The position numbers were made by a program, and so were the translations under genes. The notes under the pieces were generated by a model that was not told where the DNA came from, did not search any database, and saw only the letters and a program-made list of their open reading frames with translations. From Eledone cirrhosa (lineage: Eukaryota), in the NCBI GenBank assembly GCA_964016885.1, contig OZ024756.1, forward strand, positions 1,178,001 through 1,242,000: a stretch of 64,000 bases of DNA. Direction: 5' to 3'. Below are positions 1 to 17,347 of this stretch, piece by piece (the stretch's first letter is position 1; every line of letters begins with the position of its first letter).

Positions 1-197
1 AATTAGTATGGTATAGACAAGTACATATGTTGTTTAGGTGTATAATATTGTCAATACTCTGATATGCCCAGTTCCTTGTTTGGTTGTTAATTCACTGAGG
101 AACTGGAGTCATATGACAAGGAACTGGGCATATCAGAGTATTGACAATATTATACACCTAAACAACATATGTACTTGTCTATACCATACTAATTCAA

Positions 198-252
198 ACT
201 GCCTGATGAGGTCACAGCCAAAGATGGCTGTCACTGAAATATATATAGCAGT
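198..252 (+). ncRNA. Minimal type I hammerhead ribozyme
   Basis: ACUGC-CUGAUGA-stem II-GAAA-UAUAUA-UA-GCAGU. Confidence 0.85.
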
Positions 253-389
253 AATAAACGAAGCTAAATTTTAATCATTTGACTTTTATTGAACTTTATT
301 TTACACTACTCCGTTGTAACCAAACCAACCTGCGCACTTCGTCGAGTGCTCCAGCCTGCATACTGAGGTGTTGGTATACAACATAAACT

Positions 390-445
<56 letters not shown>

Positions 446-893
446 GAAAGTTAGAGTTAATAACTCTTACTGAAACCCCGCAATCAATAAGTTCCAAGTA
501 TAAATACTGAGAATTATAATAATATATATGTAGTAAGAAACACAGTAAATCGTGTGTCCAATATTACGAGGGTTGAAAAACCACATTTGTTTGAAATATT
601 TAACCATGAAGCAGACAGAATGATAAAATAAAATAAAATTATATTATACAATAATATAATGCTCAGTATTTATACTTGGAGCTTATTGATTACAGGGTTT
701 CAGTAAGAGTTATTAACTCTAACTTTCATTTATATTTCGGCTCCCTCATGAAGTGAGCTTATTAAGTTGCGTGTGTTGGACTGTTGTTTCTAACCAATAC
801 ACTCATACCACTTTTCACTTACGGCACACGAGGTGATAAATTCATCTTTCTGTGTGAACGTTGGTACTAGGTGTTTGTCGCATTTAATCAGAT

Positions 894-973
894 TCTCTCG
901 CTGATGATGCCCAGGGTTATCTGTTACAAACACACTCAGGGCGAAACAGATTATCCCTAATCTGTTCGAGAGA
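894..973 (+). ncRNA. Type I hammerhead with full stem III
   Basis: UCUCUCG/CGAGAGA stem I; CUGAUGA; GCCC/GGGC; GAAA; CAGAUUA/UAAUCUG; GUU site. Confidence 0.9.
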
Positions 974-1130
974 TGTAATTGTTATTGAGGCGGTTTGTAT
1001 AATATAATTTTATTTTATTTCATCATTCTGTCTGCTTCATGGTTAAATATCTCAAACATATGTGGTTTTTCAACCCTCGTAATATTGGACACACGATTTA
1101 CTGTGTTTCTTACTATATATATATTATTAT

Positions 1131-1230
<100 letters not shown>

Positions 1231-1656
1231 GAAGACACTTTATTTCACGTTGCTCCTTCTAACTGGAGTTGCGATCGATAGACAGTATTAGCAATTGGAA
1301 GGACCAGCGTAAACACATTTTTTCCTCGATCCGATTTGACGAAAGTCAATCGACTGTCGATATATATATATATTCCTGTCCTCCTGTCTTCCCCCGGTTG
1401 CAACGTTTTTTGAAATATCCACTTCTGCGTTTACAGATTGACTTTTTTAGTTTCAGAAGATCCCGTTAAGGGTGAAAGCAGCGATTCTTTGCTTAAACTT
1501 TAATCTGTTATTTTAATAAATATATATATATATATATATCGACAGTCGATTGACCTTCGTCTAACTTGACCGCTGCCACGTCACGATTCTTAGCCATTTT
1601 TGAATGTATTCTTGGCGCGATCACTTTGGAAAATTAATTGTCTAAATTTGAGCTAA

Positions 1657-1730
1657 CTCCTGAAGAGTCCGGTGCTCTAGATTTCCAATGTTATCGGATA
1701 TCTTAAAATGCGGACGAAACCATGGTAGAG
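1657..1730 (+). ncRNA. Minimal hammerhead
   Basis: CUC-CUGAAGA-GUCCG..CGGAC-GAAA-CCAUGG-UA-GAG. Confidence 0.85.
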
Positions 1731-2009
1731 GTAACTAAATATGTTCTAGTTTATTTTACACCTAATTCTGTTTAGTTGACTGTATATCTGGTCGATTTAT
1801 GCACGCTGTCGAAATATTCGATAAATACTCCGTCGCAACCGCCACGAAGGGCTGCTTTCGGTTATTTGTCGGAGATTTCTTCATAGGAGCTTTTATTCTT
1901 ATAGCATGGTCTAATTGATTTTTTTATATGGTTAATTATGCTAATTGGGAGAGGAAACGGTATATATTTTATCTGGTGATTCTATAGACATGTTTTATGA
2001 TATATATAT

Positions 2010-3868
2010 ATAAAGAATCAAAAAGAACAGAAAGATGCAGTAAAAGAGATTTATTCGGTTCTAACGTACGTTTCAATAGACATCAATTTGCCTAGATCTC
2101 GCTGCATCTATAATATTATATAGTTAGTAGAGCATTCGACATCCAATGCACAATCGATTCCATATCATCAGAGATTATGTTTACCGTACCAGAATGTTCA
2201 GGTTTTTATAGGAATTCATGTGTAGTTGAAGTTGAGAAGAAGGAGCATGTGACAAAGACAAGAGAGATAGGGGGGGGGGGGGGGGGTCATGGTTGTTGAG
2301 GTAAAACAGAGGGGAGGATAAAATACGATAATGAAGTCTAGATATGGACTAGTCCAACTGTGTGTGTGCTAGGGAGATAGTAGACGTTGATAGGTTTATG
2401 ATCTATGATAGATGGAGGCAGGGGAGATTAGGCCGAGTGACTTGTAAAGTATGTAGGAGGAGATGTTGAATAGGGAAGATGTGGTCAATAGAAGGCATAG
2501 CAATAATCCATGGGGACAGATAGAGGAGGTAGAAGGAAGATAGAGGAAAGCAGAAGTCCCAGGATCAAATCAAGCCAGGTTTGTATTTCGAGAACGTAGC
2601 CTTGAGTCTGTGATTGCAATACAGAGTCCTTTCCGTTTTGTTGTTGAGAAGAGTATAATTCGATTTTAGTATATAAAATAGCTCCATATTGCATAATCGG
2701 CAGTAAGGCTGGCCTGCACGATATGCGGAAGCACTAGAGAGTTTTGTCCATTTCAAAGTGTATTGCAGGTTACTTTCGCGCAACTGCCAAATTGTATTGG
2801 CTAAGGTAGTTACGGAACGGTATTTGATGTTCTTCATCGAACTACGGTGTTGGTACCAACGAGATTTAAAAGTAGTAGAAGTACAGCCGATATAGTGCCA
2901 TCTCCGGTTATCCGATTCAACGGTGCATTGATACACCATATTGGATTCCATGCATTTGTTATTCAGAGGGCAACGATCAGGTAGGTTGCAGTTGCACTTA
3001 TCAGCTCTTGTAGTATTATTATCTTGTACAGGTTACGTTAGGTTTATATGTGTGTCTGCTGCAGGAGGGTTTACATTCAGTGGTTGAGAGTTTGAGGAAG
3101 TGTTAATGTAGTTGGGGTGCTTCGTGTGGATGTGCTGATTAATCGTTTGGAGTTAAGTTTTTTAATAATTAGATCGAGATTGGGTGCTGTAGAATATGAA
3201 AGCTTAATGGACCTTAGATTTAGTATTTTAGCGTATCGATGTGCAGGAAGAAAATGTGTTTTGATTAAATTGAAGAAAAGTGAAGAAATTTTAGATGTTG
3301 AGGCATTGTATATTGGGTTGTACCAAAGGTAGCTACGATTCCGCTTTCTAGCTAGGTTGGGTTGTGTGCTTCTATTTCGACTATGCCTGTGCGGAAAGTG
3401 TATGTTGTGTATCGTAACTATATTATTGTTTATGCTAGTGCGTTGTGAGCCCTTATTTCTATATTGGTGTGCTGGATCTATGTACTCTATTTTGTCTTGG
3501 TATCCAGCCACCTTAAGCGCGTTGTTATAGTAGTAAGCGTGCTCACTAAAGACCTGGGGGTAGATGACAGGCGTGATATTCTAAGGGAGATGGCCCGAGG
3601 GATAGACCGTATAACCGAGGGTGGATGATTAGATTTATGGTCAACATACATACTATTTTCATTAGATTTATGGAATGGGCGGAATTCCCCCGTCTCTAGA
3701 TTAAATGTTACATCCAAGAAATTTGTTTCAGTTAGGTTGTACTCAAAAGTAATGCTAAAACCAAGACTGTTTAAAAATTCGCTAACTTGCTTCGGTAATC
3801 TTTCTATTTTCTGGTTGTTTAGGTGTTTAGCTAAAAGGAGCGCATCGTCGCGGTAGATTCCACCCCCC

Positions 3869-3871
<3 letters not shown>
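2010..3871 (-). mobile_element. 5'-truncated, frameshifted Penelope-like element (RT C-terminus + GIY-YIG), Hydra-clade-like, with 3' hammerhead
   Basis: GGIYRDDA at 3841-3864; FLDVTFNL; SNHP; WYNP; CNCNLPDRCPL (CxCx5C); VY..YIGCT..FKSR..H in ORF 2565-2951. (TA)n on both flanks. Confidence 0.9.
2060..2174 (-). ncRNA. Hammerhead with long loop II in the PLE 3' end
   Basis: UCU-CUGAUGA-(U)AUGGA..UCUAU(U)-GAAA-CGUACG-UU-AGA. Confidence 0.7.
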
Positions 3872-3921
<50 letters not shown>

Positions 3922-4122
3922 TGTAAAACCCTTATCGAGTACTCTCTGGATGTTGGGCTTTGTATTTATCATTACTCTCTCTATATATATATATATGTAG
4001 GAGGTGAGTTTTATTGTAGCACAATAAAGCAATGCAAATATCGGATAAGTAGCACTCTACAGTTTGTAGGACTGGAGTATAAATAATATAAGATAAAAAG
4101 ATGGTTAAAAGAGTTCCAAGTA

Positions 4123-4188
4123 TTTTATTATACGCATTTCAAAAACAAATATCATCATGGGATGATATCTGCGTTCTCATCAGATTTT
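4123..4188 (-). ncRNA. Minimal hammerhead (family D)
   Basis: CUGAUGA..GAAA-UGCGUA-UA; stem I clipped by the arm junction. Confidence 0.7.
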
Positions 4189-4244
4189 GATCTTATATTA
4201 TATATATATATATACCTCGGTAGAAAACCACTTTCAATGGAATA

Positions 4245-4275
<31 letters not shown>

Positions 4276-4316
4276 TATAAATATTAATAAAATAGATGTT
4301 CTTTTGATCAATTACA

Positions 4317-4367
4317 TTTTATTATACATATTTCGGATGTACAACAGTACGTCCTCATCAGACAAAA
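4317..4367 (-). ncRNA. Minimal hammerhead (family E)
   Basis: UUUUGU-CUGAUGA-GGACGUAC..GUACAUCC-GAAA-UAUGUA-UA-AUAAAA. Confidence 0.85.
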
Positions 4368-4373
4368 TATAAT

Positions 4374-4559
4374 TGTTTCTACTTTAGGCACAAGGCCAGC
4401 AATTACCCAGTGCATTACTGGTACTTTATTTTATCGACCCCATAAGGATGAAAGGCAAAGTCAACCTCGGCGGGATTTGAACTCAGATCGTAAAGGGACG
4501 TAACTATGCTGGAAAGCATGGCGTCCGACCCTCCACCGATACTGCCAATCCACCGCCCT
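4374..4559 (-). mobile_element. tRNA-derived SINE (Meta-domain-like centre) with 19-bp TSD
   Basis: A/B boxes (TGGCAGTATCGG, GAGTTCAAATCC); core GCCTTTCATCC..GGGTCGATAAA..AGTACCAG; TSD TCATCAGACAAAATATAAT at 4355 and 4560. Confidence 0.9.
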
Positions 4560-4756
4560 TCATCAGACAAAATATAATGATACATGACATACCCTGAGAT
4601 GTTAAATGGTTAAGATTTAATCAAGGTAGTCTATCTATTTTATTAATATTTATATTCTAATATTAATAACTCCGGAAAATTAATTTTTCGTAGAGTGCTT
4701 CCAATCTACTGTAAAACTCATTCTTTGATATACTCATTGAATTTTGTTTAACTCTT

Positions 4757-4812
<56 letters not shown>

Positions 4813-5303
4813 CCATTGAAAGTGGTTTTCTACGGAGGTATATACCAATGTTGATTGATGTTGATGAAGTCGAAAGTCTGTTTACATTTCTATCGTTTTC
4901 TTTTGCGGTTGATTTTGGAGGGAATTTGGTGTCTGATATTACAAGAGTTGCAATAACAGTTGCTATCATTTTTCGGGAAACTAAATATGGCTGTTATCGT
5001 AGTTATTTTGATGTGAAGTGGTTTTAGTGAATATCATACCAATAATTCTTTAACTACATCATAGAATCCGTGAGAAGGAATTTCACCAGCTTCCTGATAG
5101 TAGAAGAATATATATCTTGATTTAAATGTAAAGATCAAGTGGAGTGGATATAATAGTTCGGTTGCCTTCGATGAGTTAACAGCACGGTTGGTGTTGCTTC
5201 TGTTAACACTATCAAATATGATCTTAAAAGAAACACTACACGAAATAAAATGTATTTTATATAATCTCGTCAGATTAAGGGAAGGTCAATAAGTAAAAGT
5301 GCC

Positions 5304-5351
<48 letters not shown>

Positions 5352-5367
5352 TCTGTCTCTCTCTCTC

Positions 5368-5398
<31 letters not shown>

Positions 5399-5403
5399 TT
5401 ATA

Positions 5404-5475
<72 letters not shown>

Positions 5476-5488
5476 CATACATATATAC

Positions 5489-5544
<56 letters not shown>

Positions 5545-5545
5545 C

Positions 5546-5616
<71 letters not shown>

Positions 5617-5680
5617 AATTTACAGATTAAAGTTCAAGCAAAGAATCGCTGCTTTCAATCTTAACGGGTAGTCTTCACAA

Positions 5681-5720
<40 letters not shown>

Positions 5721-5731
5721 TATTCCGTTTA

Positions 5732-5870
<139 letters not shown>

Positions 5871-5881
5871 TATTCCGTTTA

Positions 5882-6054
<173 letters not shown>

Positions 6055-6145
6055 TGTTATATTTGGGGAGGGTCATATTTGCGTAATATTGCCAGAATTA
6101 ATAACAGAACACACTCACTGTTTGGTTGGTTTTCGCTTCTCGCTG

Positions 6146-6176
<31 letters not shown>

Positions 6177-6484
6177 CATACATATATATATATATATGTA
6201 AGCTATCGCCGTATTTTGACTAAAGAAATTAAAGAAATTATTTAGCCTGATAGTGGGGTTAAGAACCCTCGGAGAAATGGAAAAAGATGAGTATTGACGT
6301 ACTTGTATTCGACTCCCATGTACGTCAATACTCATCTTTTTCCATTTCTCCGAGGGTTCTTAACCCCACTATCAGGCTAAATAATTTCTTTAATTTCTTT
6401 AGTCAAAATACGGCGATAGCTTACATTTCCAATAATTTCAAACCCACTCGCTGTTTCGAAAATATTCTTACTATATATGTGTAA

Positions 6485-6530
<46 letters not shown>

Positions 6531-6639
6531 AATTACGCAGAAGCGTCACCAATAAAACTAAGAAAAACAGAAAATATTTACTATGTAATGAACATGATTT
6601 AATAAGTACTACTACAGCCGTCGGGGTACTGACTCTTTT

Positions 6640-6700
<61 letters not shown>

Positions 6701-7427
6701 TATTGGTATATTTGGGGAGGGTCATATTGTTATAATATTGCCACAACTATTAAAACACACTCACTGTTTGGTCTGGATTGGTTTTCGCTTCTGTATCTTT
6801 TATATCTCCATAGTTAATTTATCTGGCAATCAATGTTTATCATTGATTAACCAACGATTAAAAATACAGATATAAATATATAGTCGATAAAAGTTCTTTT
6901 GTCACACATCTGTGACATCATCAGTGGTACTATTATGTTTTCTCCCATTGTATTGTAATGTCTACGCCATTTTTATTTAATCCATTTATTTATTCTTGCC
7001 TCTTTCTCTGTTTGCGTATGCGTTTGCGTGTGTGTTTTCTATTTGGTGTGTGTGTTCGAGTTTAAGTCTCTGTGTGTTTGTATTCTATCTTTGGTCAGTA
7101 GTGTGTGTTTATGTGTGTTTGTTGTTATTGTACTTGTGTTTATTTATTTATTTATTTATTTATTTAGGTTAGTATATATATATATATACACAGACACAGG
7201 CACACAGACACACATACATACAGACACACAGACACACACACACACACATACACACACACACATACACACACACACATACACACACACATACACACACATA
7301 TATATAATATATATGCGACTGGTGCTTTGAGAAAACAACACCATACTTCAGCACTGAGCATATGAAAGAAATCGAAAAACAGGTAAATATTATTCCATTA
7401 TGTTTTTCTGTTTTTGTTCAAATTCTA

Positions 7428-7486
7428 GCTGTCTGATGAGGTCATAGCTGTTACATAATGGTTATCACTGAAATATATATTACAGC
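7428..7486 (+). ncRNA. Minimal hammerhead related to 198-252
   Basis: GCUGU-CUGAUGA..GAAA-UAUAUA-UU-ACAGC; stem I differs from the 198 copy but still pairs. Confidence 0.85.
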
Positions 7487-7599
7487 GACTATGAATAAAC
7501 GAAGTTAATTTTAACCTGTTGACTTACATGCTAACGATGTGTTAAACAGTTTTGATCAAGAAATCTTTCCCTCAGTTATTCCATTATTCAGGGCGACTG

Positions 7600-8110
7600 T
7601 GTTCTCTCGAGCTTTTACAGAATGTGGGGGACGAAAATCCAAAGCAAACAGCACAAGAATTGGTAAAAGTGTTCAATACATGTCACAGGGCTATTGTAAA
7701 ACACCTTCTCGAACTGGTAAAGGGATCTTATCATGGTCAGTCGGGGCCACCTAATCTGACTCCTTCTCAACTTGATTAAAGAGTTGTTGTTTGCTCTTCA
7801 GTACAGACTTGTTTAATGACCCCTTTCTGGGAGGAAAAGTGAATATTAAAGAAAACGACACTGGTTATCACTCAATTAAAAAGGGGAAACCATACCCAAG
7901 CCAAGACTACACCCAGAAAAACTATGTCTGGTGGGATATGAAGGGTGTTGTCTATTATGAAGTGTTGAACTCAGGTGAGACAATTAATACTAGTAAGTAT
8001 TGTCACCAACTGGAATCACTACATTAAAATTTGCAGGAAAAGCAAGCATCATTGGCAAATCGTAAAAGAGTGTTGCTGTGTTGCTCCTACACGACACTAC
8101 ATGACCATTT
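7600..8110 (+). pseudogene. mariner-type transposase relic
   Basis: NPKQTAQELVKVFN..HL (HTH) and VWWDMKGVVYYEVLNSGETIN..KYCHQL, broken by stops and frameshifts. Confidence 0.8.
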
Positions 8111-8802
8111 ATTGCCTGAATATTGAAGTTTTACCCTCCTTATTCACATGAACTTTCTCGAGAAATGACTGATATGTCATCAAAAGTACACTGTAGAGAA
8201 ATGTTCTGCTGAGAGAAATACTTTTGGAAGCATTAAAATAAATAATAAAAAAATAACATGAAAGAACAAACAAAAGAAAAAAAAAACAAACAAACAAACC
8301 AAAAAAAATAAAAGCAGAAAGGAAAGAAAACAAAAATAAAATTTCTTGTTCATTTCTTGTAAACACCTGCTTTATAAAACATAAGTGGTAGAAGTGTCTG
8401 AAAAAAGAACATCAGTTTTTAGACACTTCTATAGTTACACGAAATATAACAAATATAAACAACTTTACTTTTAATTCTTCTTCTTTTCCAAAAATTTCCA
8501 AAATTATTCTCAGGTTTTGAAAGCTCGAAAAAATACATGAAAAATAGAAACACGAAAGAAAAAATATTCGTTCGTGAAAAGAAACAAAATCCTTGCAACT
8601 CGCTAAAATATGTTATTTTTTCCCTCCTCTCTTCTCCTACAAAAACATTTGAGTGATTATCATTTAAAATGATGTGTAGTACATATATATGCAATAGACG
8701 GGACAGTTTATGCTATAATATGTGCTCTTAACTCTTAAGATTTTCGTAGAGGCGCCGTCATTACCATTACAAACGGCATTTAAACCCAGTGAAACACCCA
8801 AT

Positions 8803-12319
<3,517 letters not shown>

Positions 12320-13080
12320 ATACATATAATAAACACATACACCTTAAAATTTCTCCAACGTAGTGCAAGCTGTTTTGTCGGTAATCAGAACATTTAAACA
12401 GAACTTGAAACCAATTATCACAAACTGACTAAAATAAATAAATATATCTAAATGTATTGAAGTCGTCAAACAGTTGAAATTTGAAATTCAAAACAGATGC
12501 AATTCTATTTTAAACAGTTTATCGTAGATTTCTTCCTGTGGCAAAGCGGCCATTTTTGTTGCTAAGTAGAAAGTACTTAACAGCCGATCCACTTGGTTTT
12601 CGTTGTTATTGTTGTTGTTGTTATTGTTGTCGTCGTTGTTGTTGTTGTTCAACACCAGGACAGGCAACGTGTGGCACATCTATTAGCAAAAAAGCGTTCC
12701 AGCAATGATCATCCCATCTTTTCGATTATCAAGGAAAAGACTGGGTAGTCTATATATTATGAAAAAGTTGGCTGTTGTTTCCTCTGTTATGATGGTGCTT
12801 TGATTGATTGAGTGAGAGAGAGGGAGATATAGATAGATCGATATATTTCTTTATTTACCATAAAGGCATAAAAAGAAGGGACAAATACAAAGGGGGAGTT
12901 TACATACAATCGAGTAAAAAGGGTATAACATGAAAATAATCGAAAATAACCTCAAAAGGGAGGGGACGTGATGGGGGTTGCACACACCCCCGAAAAAGTG
13001 TGCAATCCTTTGCCCGGGGGGCACATGGAGAAGGTGCTCCCCTCTCCTTTACTTCTTTACCTACAGGTAAACCAGAGGAG

Positions 13081-13111
<31 letters not shown>

Positions 13112-13238
13112 AAAATAGATAGATAGATAGAGATATATATATATATATATAAATAGATAGAGAGAAAGAGAAAAAGATAGAGCGATAGAGAGATAGAGAG
13201 AGAGATAAATATATATATATAGAGAGAGAAAGAGAGAG

Positions 13239-13282
<44 letters not shown>

Positions 13283-13286
13283 TGGG

Positions 13287-13333
<47 letters not shown>

Positions 13334-13789
13334 AATAAGATAGCTAGATAGAGAGAGAGAGATAGATAGAGAGAGAGAGAGATAGCGAGAGAGAGAGAGA
13401 GAGATTTGGCAGACAAAGTCAGCAACAGGATACCCGGGGGTAGACACCAAGCAAGGTGAATGGATAACATCCGTGAGATTGTTTAGTCTGGCTTTGGAAT
13501 CCAGCCTGATGAATTGGAGACGGTTGCTTCTGATGGGCCCTTCTCGAAGACATCTCTGCGGACTCTGTCCCAGGAAGAAGTAGGCAAATAAGAAGGAGAT
13601 GATTTGGTTCTTATTTCTAGCATGTCAAACGATGTTATAAGAAGCTTACACGTTGATTTCACTTCACTTAACTGTTGTTGTTTAGCTTCAAGATAGCCCT
13701 CCGGGTTTGGAGCAGATTTATGATAAGAGGCATTCCAATCACGACCATCAAGTATATTTATGGTTTCTTAGTCTTTTGTCTTGAAAGCC

Positions 13790-15395
13790 CTCAAGATCCA
13801 GTCAGCAAGTCGTCTGCACATTGTCGCCATTTTCATGATGTGTGAATAAAACGATTCATCGTCGCTCATTTCTATACCCAGGTCTCGTCTCGATTTCGAC
13901 ACTAGGATTTCGATACCTCCTGGTCCAGTGTAGCTTTGTTGTACTGTCCTTATGTTAGCAGGTTAACATCATAAGGCTTAACATTTTCCAGCATTAAATT
14001 GTAGGTTGTTGTCCTCAGCCCATTTGTATATGACATCCAGATCTTGTTGCAAAAGAGGTAGCCAGGTTCTTGATTGCCTGTGCTACCTTTGTGTCACAGC
14101 ATAGCTAGAGAGGGATGTTGTATGTACTACAGAGGGCATGTCCGAAAGACCCACCAAAAACAGTTGTGGACACAAACCGTGCCCTGGGGCACCCCGCTGG
14201 TTAGTGATGTTTCCTTTGAGAGAGCTCCGTTGACTGCAACAGTCTAGCTTCCGTATTTTAAGAGGTCATGCAGCCACGCACTTACTTTTCCAGTTATGCC
14301 GAATCTATGTAGTTTGTGACATATCATTCCATGTAGACCTCATCGAATGCCTTCGCAAAGTGAAGATATATCACGTCCACGTGTGAGTTGTCCAGCAGTC
14401 TTTTCAGTACCCAATCATAGTGTTGTAAAAGCTGTGTAAGGCAGCTGCTTCCCGGGCGAAAGCCACCTTGAATGTTAGTTAGGCGGTCATTTTTCCTCGG
14501 GGAATGTGATCAGTTTCTTTCTAATGATTTATTCTATGACCTTTATGTATAGGGCATATTATGCCTTCTTTTAGCTCTCTGGGTAGTTTACTGCTTGTCA
14601 GAGACCTTTTGAAGAAGATTTTCAGTGGTCTTGCTAAGGCACGCTTGCATGTTTTTTAGGAGGATTGCTCGGAATCCATCAGGTCCAGCAGCTGAGTTTG
14701 CTTTCATTTCTTCTACGGCTGATATCACATCTTCCTCCGTTATGTCTATGTGGCTGATGGTCGCCATTTCTTTGCGGAGTGTTGTGGCACCAAAGAATTT
14801 CCCTGGCTTTGTTATTTGCATGTGCCTCAATGGGGTGTGAACACACGTTTGTACTGTTCATTCAGTATTTCACTTATCCCCCGAGGATTCGCGCTCAATG
14901 AGCCACTTTTATGGAAGAGTGACCCAATCCTGCAGTGTACCGAGGCAGTTTCTTTTGCAAATTTAAAGAAAAGCCTTAGGCTTTGTTTTAATATTTTCTA
15001 TGGACCAAGCTTTTGTTTCTGCCCTCTCCTTCTCATGGGACGTTTGCGTGCAGTTTCAATTTCAAGTAGTGCCTGTTTTAAATAAGGTTCCTTCTTGTTC
15101 TTCTGTTGTGCATTTAACAGGTTTGAGATCTTTGTTCATCGTCTCATAAGAATTTTCCTGTCTTTGGGAATAACATTTTTATATCTGTCGGTCTCTTTTT
15201 CCAGGACAAACCTACGACGTATGGTCTGTATTGTTGTCATGATGTGTCGAAAATGTGTGTTGGTGTCTTGTGTGGAGATGTTGTCGCTCCAGTTTTGCTT
15301 CAGGATCTCTTCCTGGATCCTTTTCCTGTTAGCCTTGTGATAATTTAGACTCGATAGATTCCCGTTGCTTCCTGTACCATTGGATATTTAGACCA
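13790..15395 (-). mobile_element. CR1/L2-type LINE ORF2 (RT) relic
   Basis: AAGPDGF, SCLTQLL, VDVIYLHFAKAFD (14341-14380), SGVPQG (about 14181-14198); many frameshifts. Confidence 0.85.
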
Positions 15396-15404
15396 AATTT
15401 GTTC

Positions 15405-16640
15405 TCCGTACCCTATTCCCAATTCCCATGGTTTCCTGCTTCATCCAGCGTGGATATCCCCCCACCCTGATCCAAGCTGCTCTCACCCGCGCCCGTGAAT
15501 CACACCATACCACAGCCCTCTCACCTCACCCGCGTTCCTTCCCCTCTCACCTACCATCCCATCACCCTACCACTCCGGCGACATATCCTCCGTTTCTTCC
15601 GCATCCTCTCTTCTGACCCAGCCACTTCTCGCTTTTTTCCAAATCCACCCACTACTGCTTTTAAGCGCGCCCGTAACCTCCGCGGCCTTCTGGTGTCCCC
15701 CACGGCTCCACCCGGCTCTCATCCTTGTTCCCGTTCCCACTGCAACACTTGTCCCTTCATTTTCACCCTCACCACTCTTACAGGCCCTAACGGGTCTTTC
15801 CGTATCCGCCACTCCTTCACCTGCACATCCAGCCATGTTGTCTATGTCCTCCGGTGTTCCCTTTGCGGGTCTTTATACATCGGACAAACGGGACGTCGTA
15901 TAGCGGACCGTTTTGCTGAGCATTTGATGGACATACGACTCGGTTTGGATACTCCTGTCGCCCGTCATTTCTATTCTCCTGGTCATTCTTCCCTACATGC
16001 TTCAGTCCTGGGTGATCACAGGCCTCGCGCTCCAGAACTGAACAAAGTCTGATTCACCGCCTTGGGTCCTAATCACCTCTTGGACTCAACTCACATCCCC
16101 AATTTCTTTAATACCCCGTCGATTACCACACGCGCTTGTACATTCACCCCTAGATTCCTATTGCTCTCTCTTGATCATTAGCAGCTTCTCTTACAACTAA
16201 TACAGGCCGACTATATATGCTCACTCCACTTTTCCCTTCACTGCTCTGTATACACACACACACGCCCTTATATTATCATACTTTTGCTCATAGCTTCGTA
16301 CTTACATGCACACACACTCTTTTACTTACGCATACACACACATTTCTTCTTAGCTTCGTACGGACGTATAATAACACACACACACACACGCACACAAACA
16401 CATACATACACACACACACATATGCTTACGCACGTGCACAAGTATAGTTCTTTTTACAAAACGTTTTTTTTTCAATTTTAGGTAGACGCGCTCCATCATC
16501 CACTTTTCTAAAAAAAAGTGGATGATGGAGCGTGAAACGTTAAGACCCTCTTCCTGCTATATCAAGCGTTAACCTAATATATCCCTTCCATATACTGTAC
16601 CGATTGTGTTGTTATTTCTGTTTACCTTTTACACACACAT
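15405..16640 (+). mobile_element. PLE 3' fragment of Neptune type (thumb/linker + GIY-YIG) with pLTR remnant
   Basis: RGYP, LTYHP, FKRARNLR, PCSRSHCNTC, FTCTSSHVVY.LRC..C..LYIGQTGR...RF.EH. The 3' end (16520-16640) matches the hammerhead-bearing repeats at 18140, 37000 and 45700. Confidence 0.85.
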
Positions 16641-16671
16641 ACACACATACACACACACATATATATATATA

Positions 16672-17195
16672 CTAGCTAAACTACCCGTCCTTGGACGGTT
16701 CATGTAGCTTTCGATGTAGCTCATTAAACTAAACAAAGTAAATTTGAATACATAGAAGAAAAACGTACTTTATGTAAACATGAAAACCTTAGGCACTATT
16801 CCAGCGATATTGTTATTATCTTTGTTTCAAGTAGTATAAATTGCTGGTTGTGAAATATACGAAATGATATTGTTATTATCTTTGTTTCAAGTAGAAAGAG
16901 TAAATTAAAATCCGACTGAGGCTAATTACGAAAGATAACTCTTGATTAGGAAACATAACTCTTGTGTTACTTAATCACGAAAATCCACACAAATAAAGAA
17001 AACTTTTGTAATGTCTCCAAAGGCCCCAATATCGATTTTTGAAAGCCTTTGTAGATCATCTACAGTTGTTGTGCAAGGAGAAGCTCTGTAAAAGATTTCA
17101 AAGAAATCGCATGAATGGTTTAGAATATATGAGCCCTCATTAAAAAAGCTCGACACACATATACACAGACATTTTCAGATTTATATATATACAGA
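16672..17195 (-). mobile_element. Non-autonomous Helitron, apparently complete
   Basis: Minus strand begins A|TC and ends with hairpin CCGTCC-AA-GGACGG followed by CTAG|T. Confidence 0.75.
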
Positions 17196-17347
17196 TATGT
17201 ATATATAGTAATGGGTTAACCGAAAAGTGATGTGTGGACCACAATAAAAGGAAGCAGTCAACGACCTGTATAAATGGTGTCAGCTGGAGCATTTATATAT
17301 CAATAAAAGAACTGAGGCCTTATTCAGTTTATTCAGGTTTATTTAAA

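Noticed and set aside
12488-12679. Small exon or ORF with poly-Asn
   Set aside because: Driven by a (TTG)n tract; no recognisable domain or splice support
12840-13560. L1/Tx1-like 3' end (similar candidate at 38380-38560)
   Set aside because: Only general resemblance; no protein motif could be read
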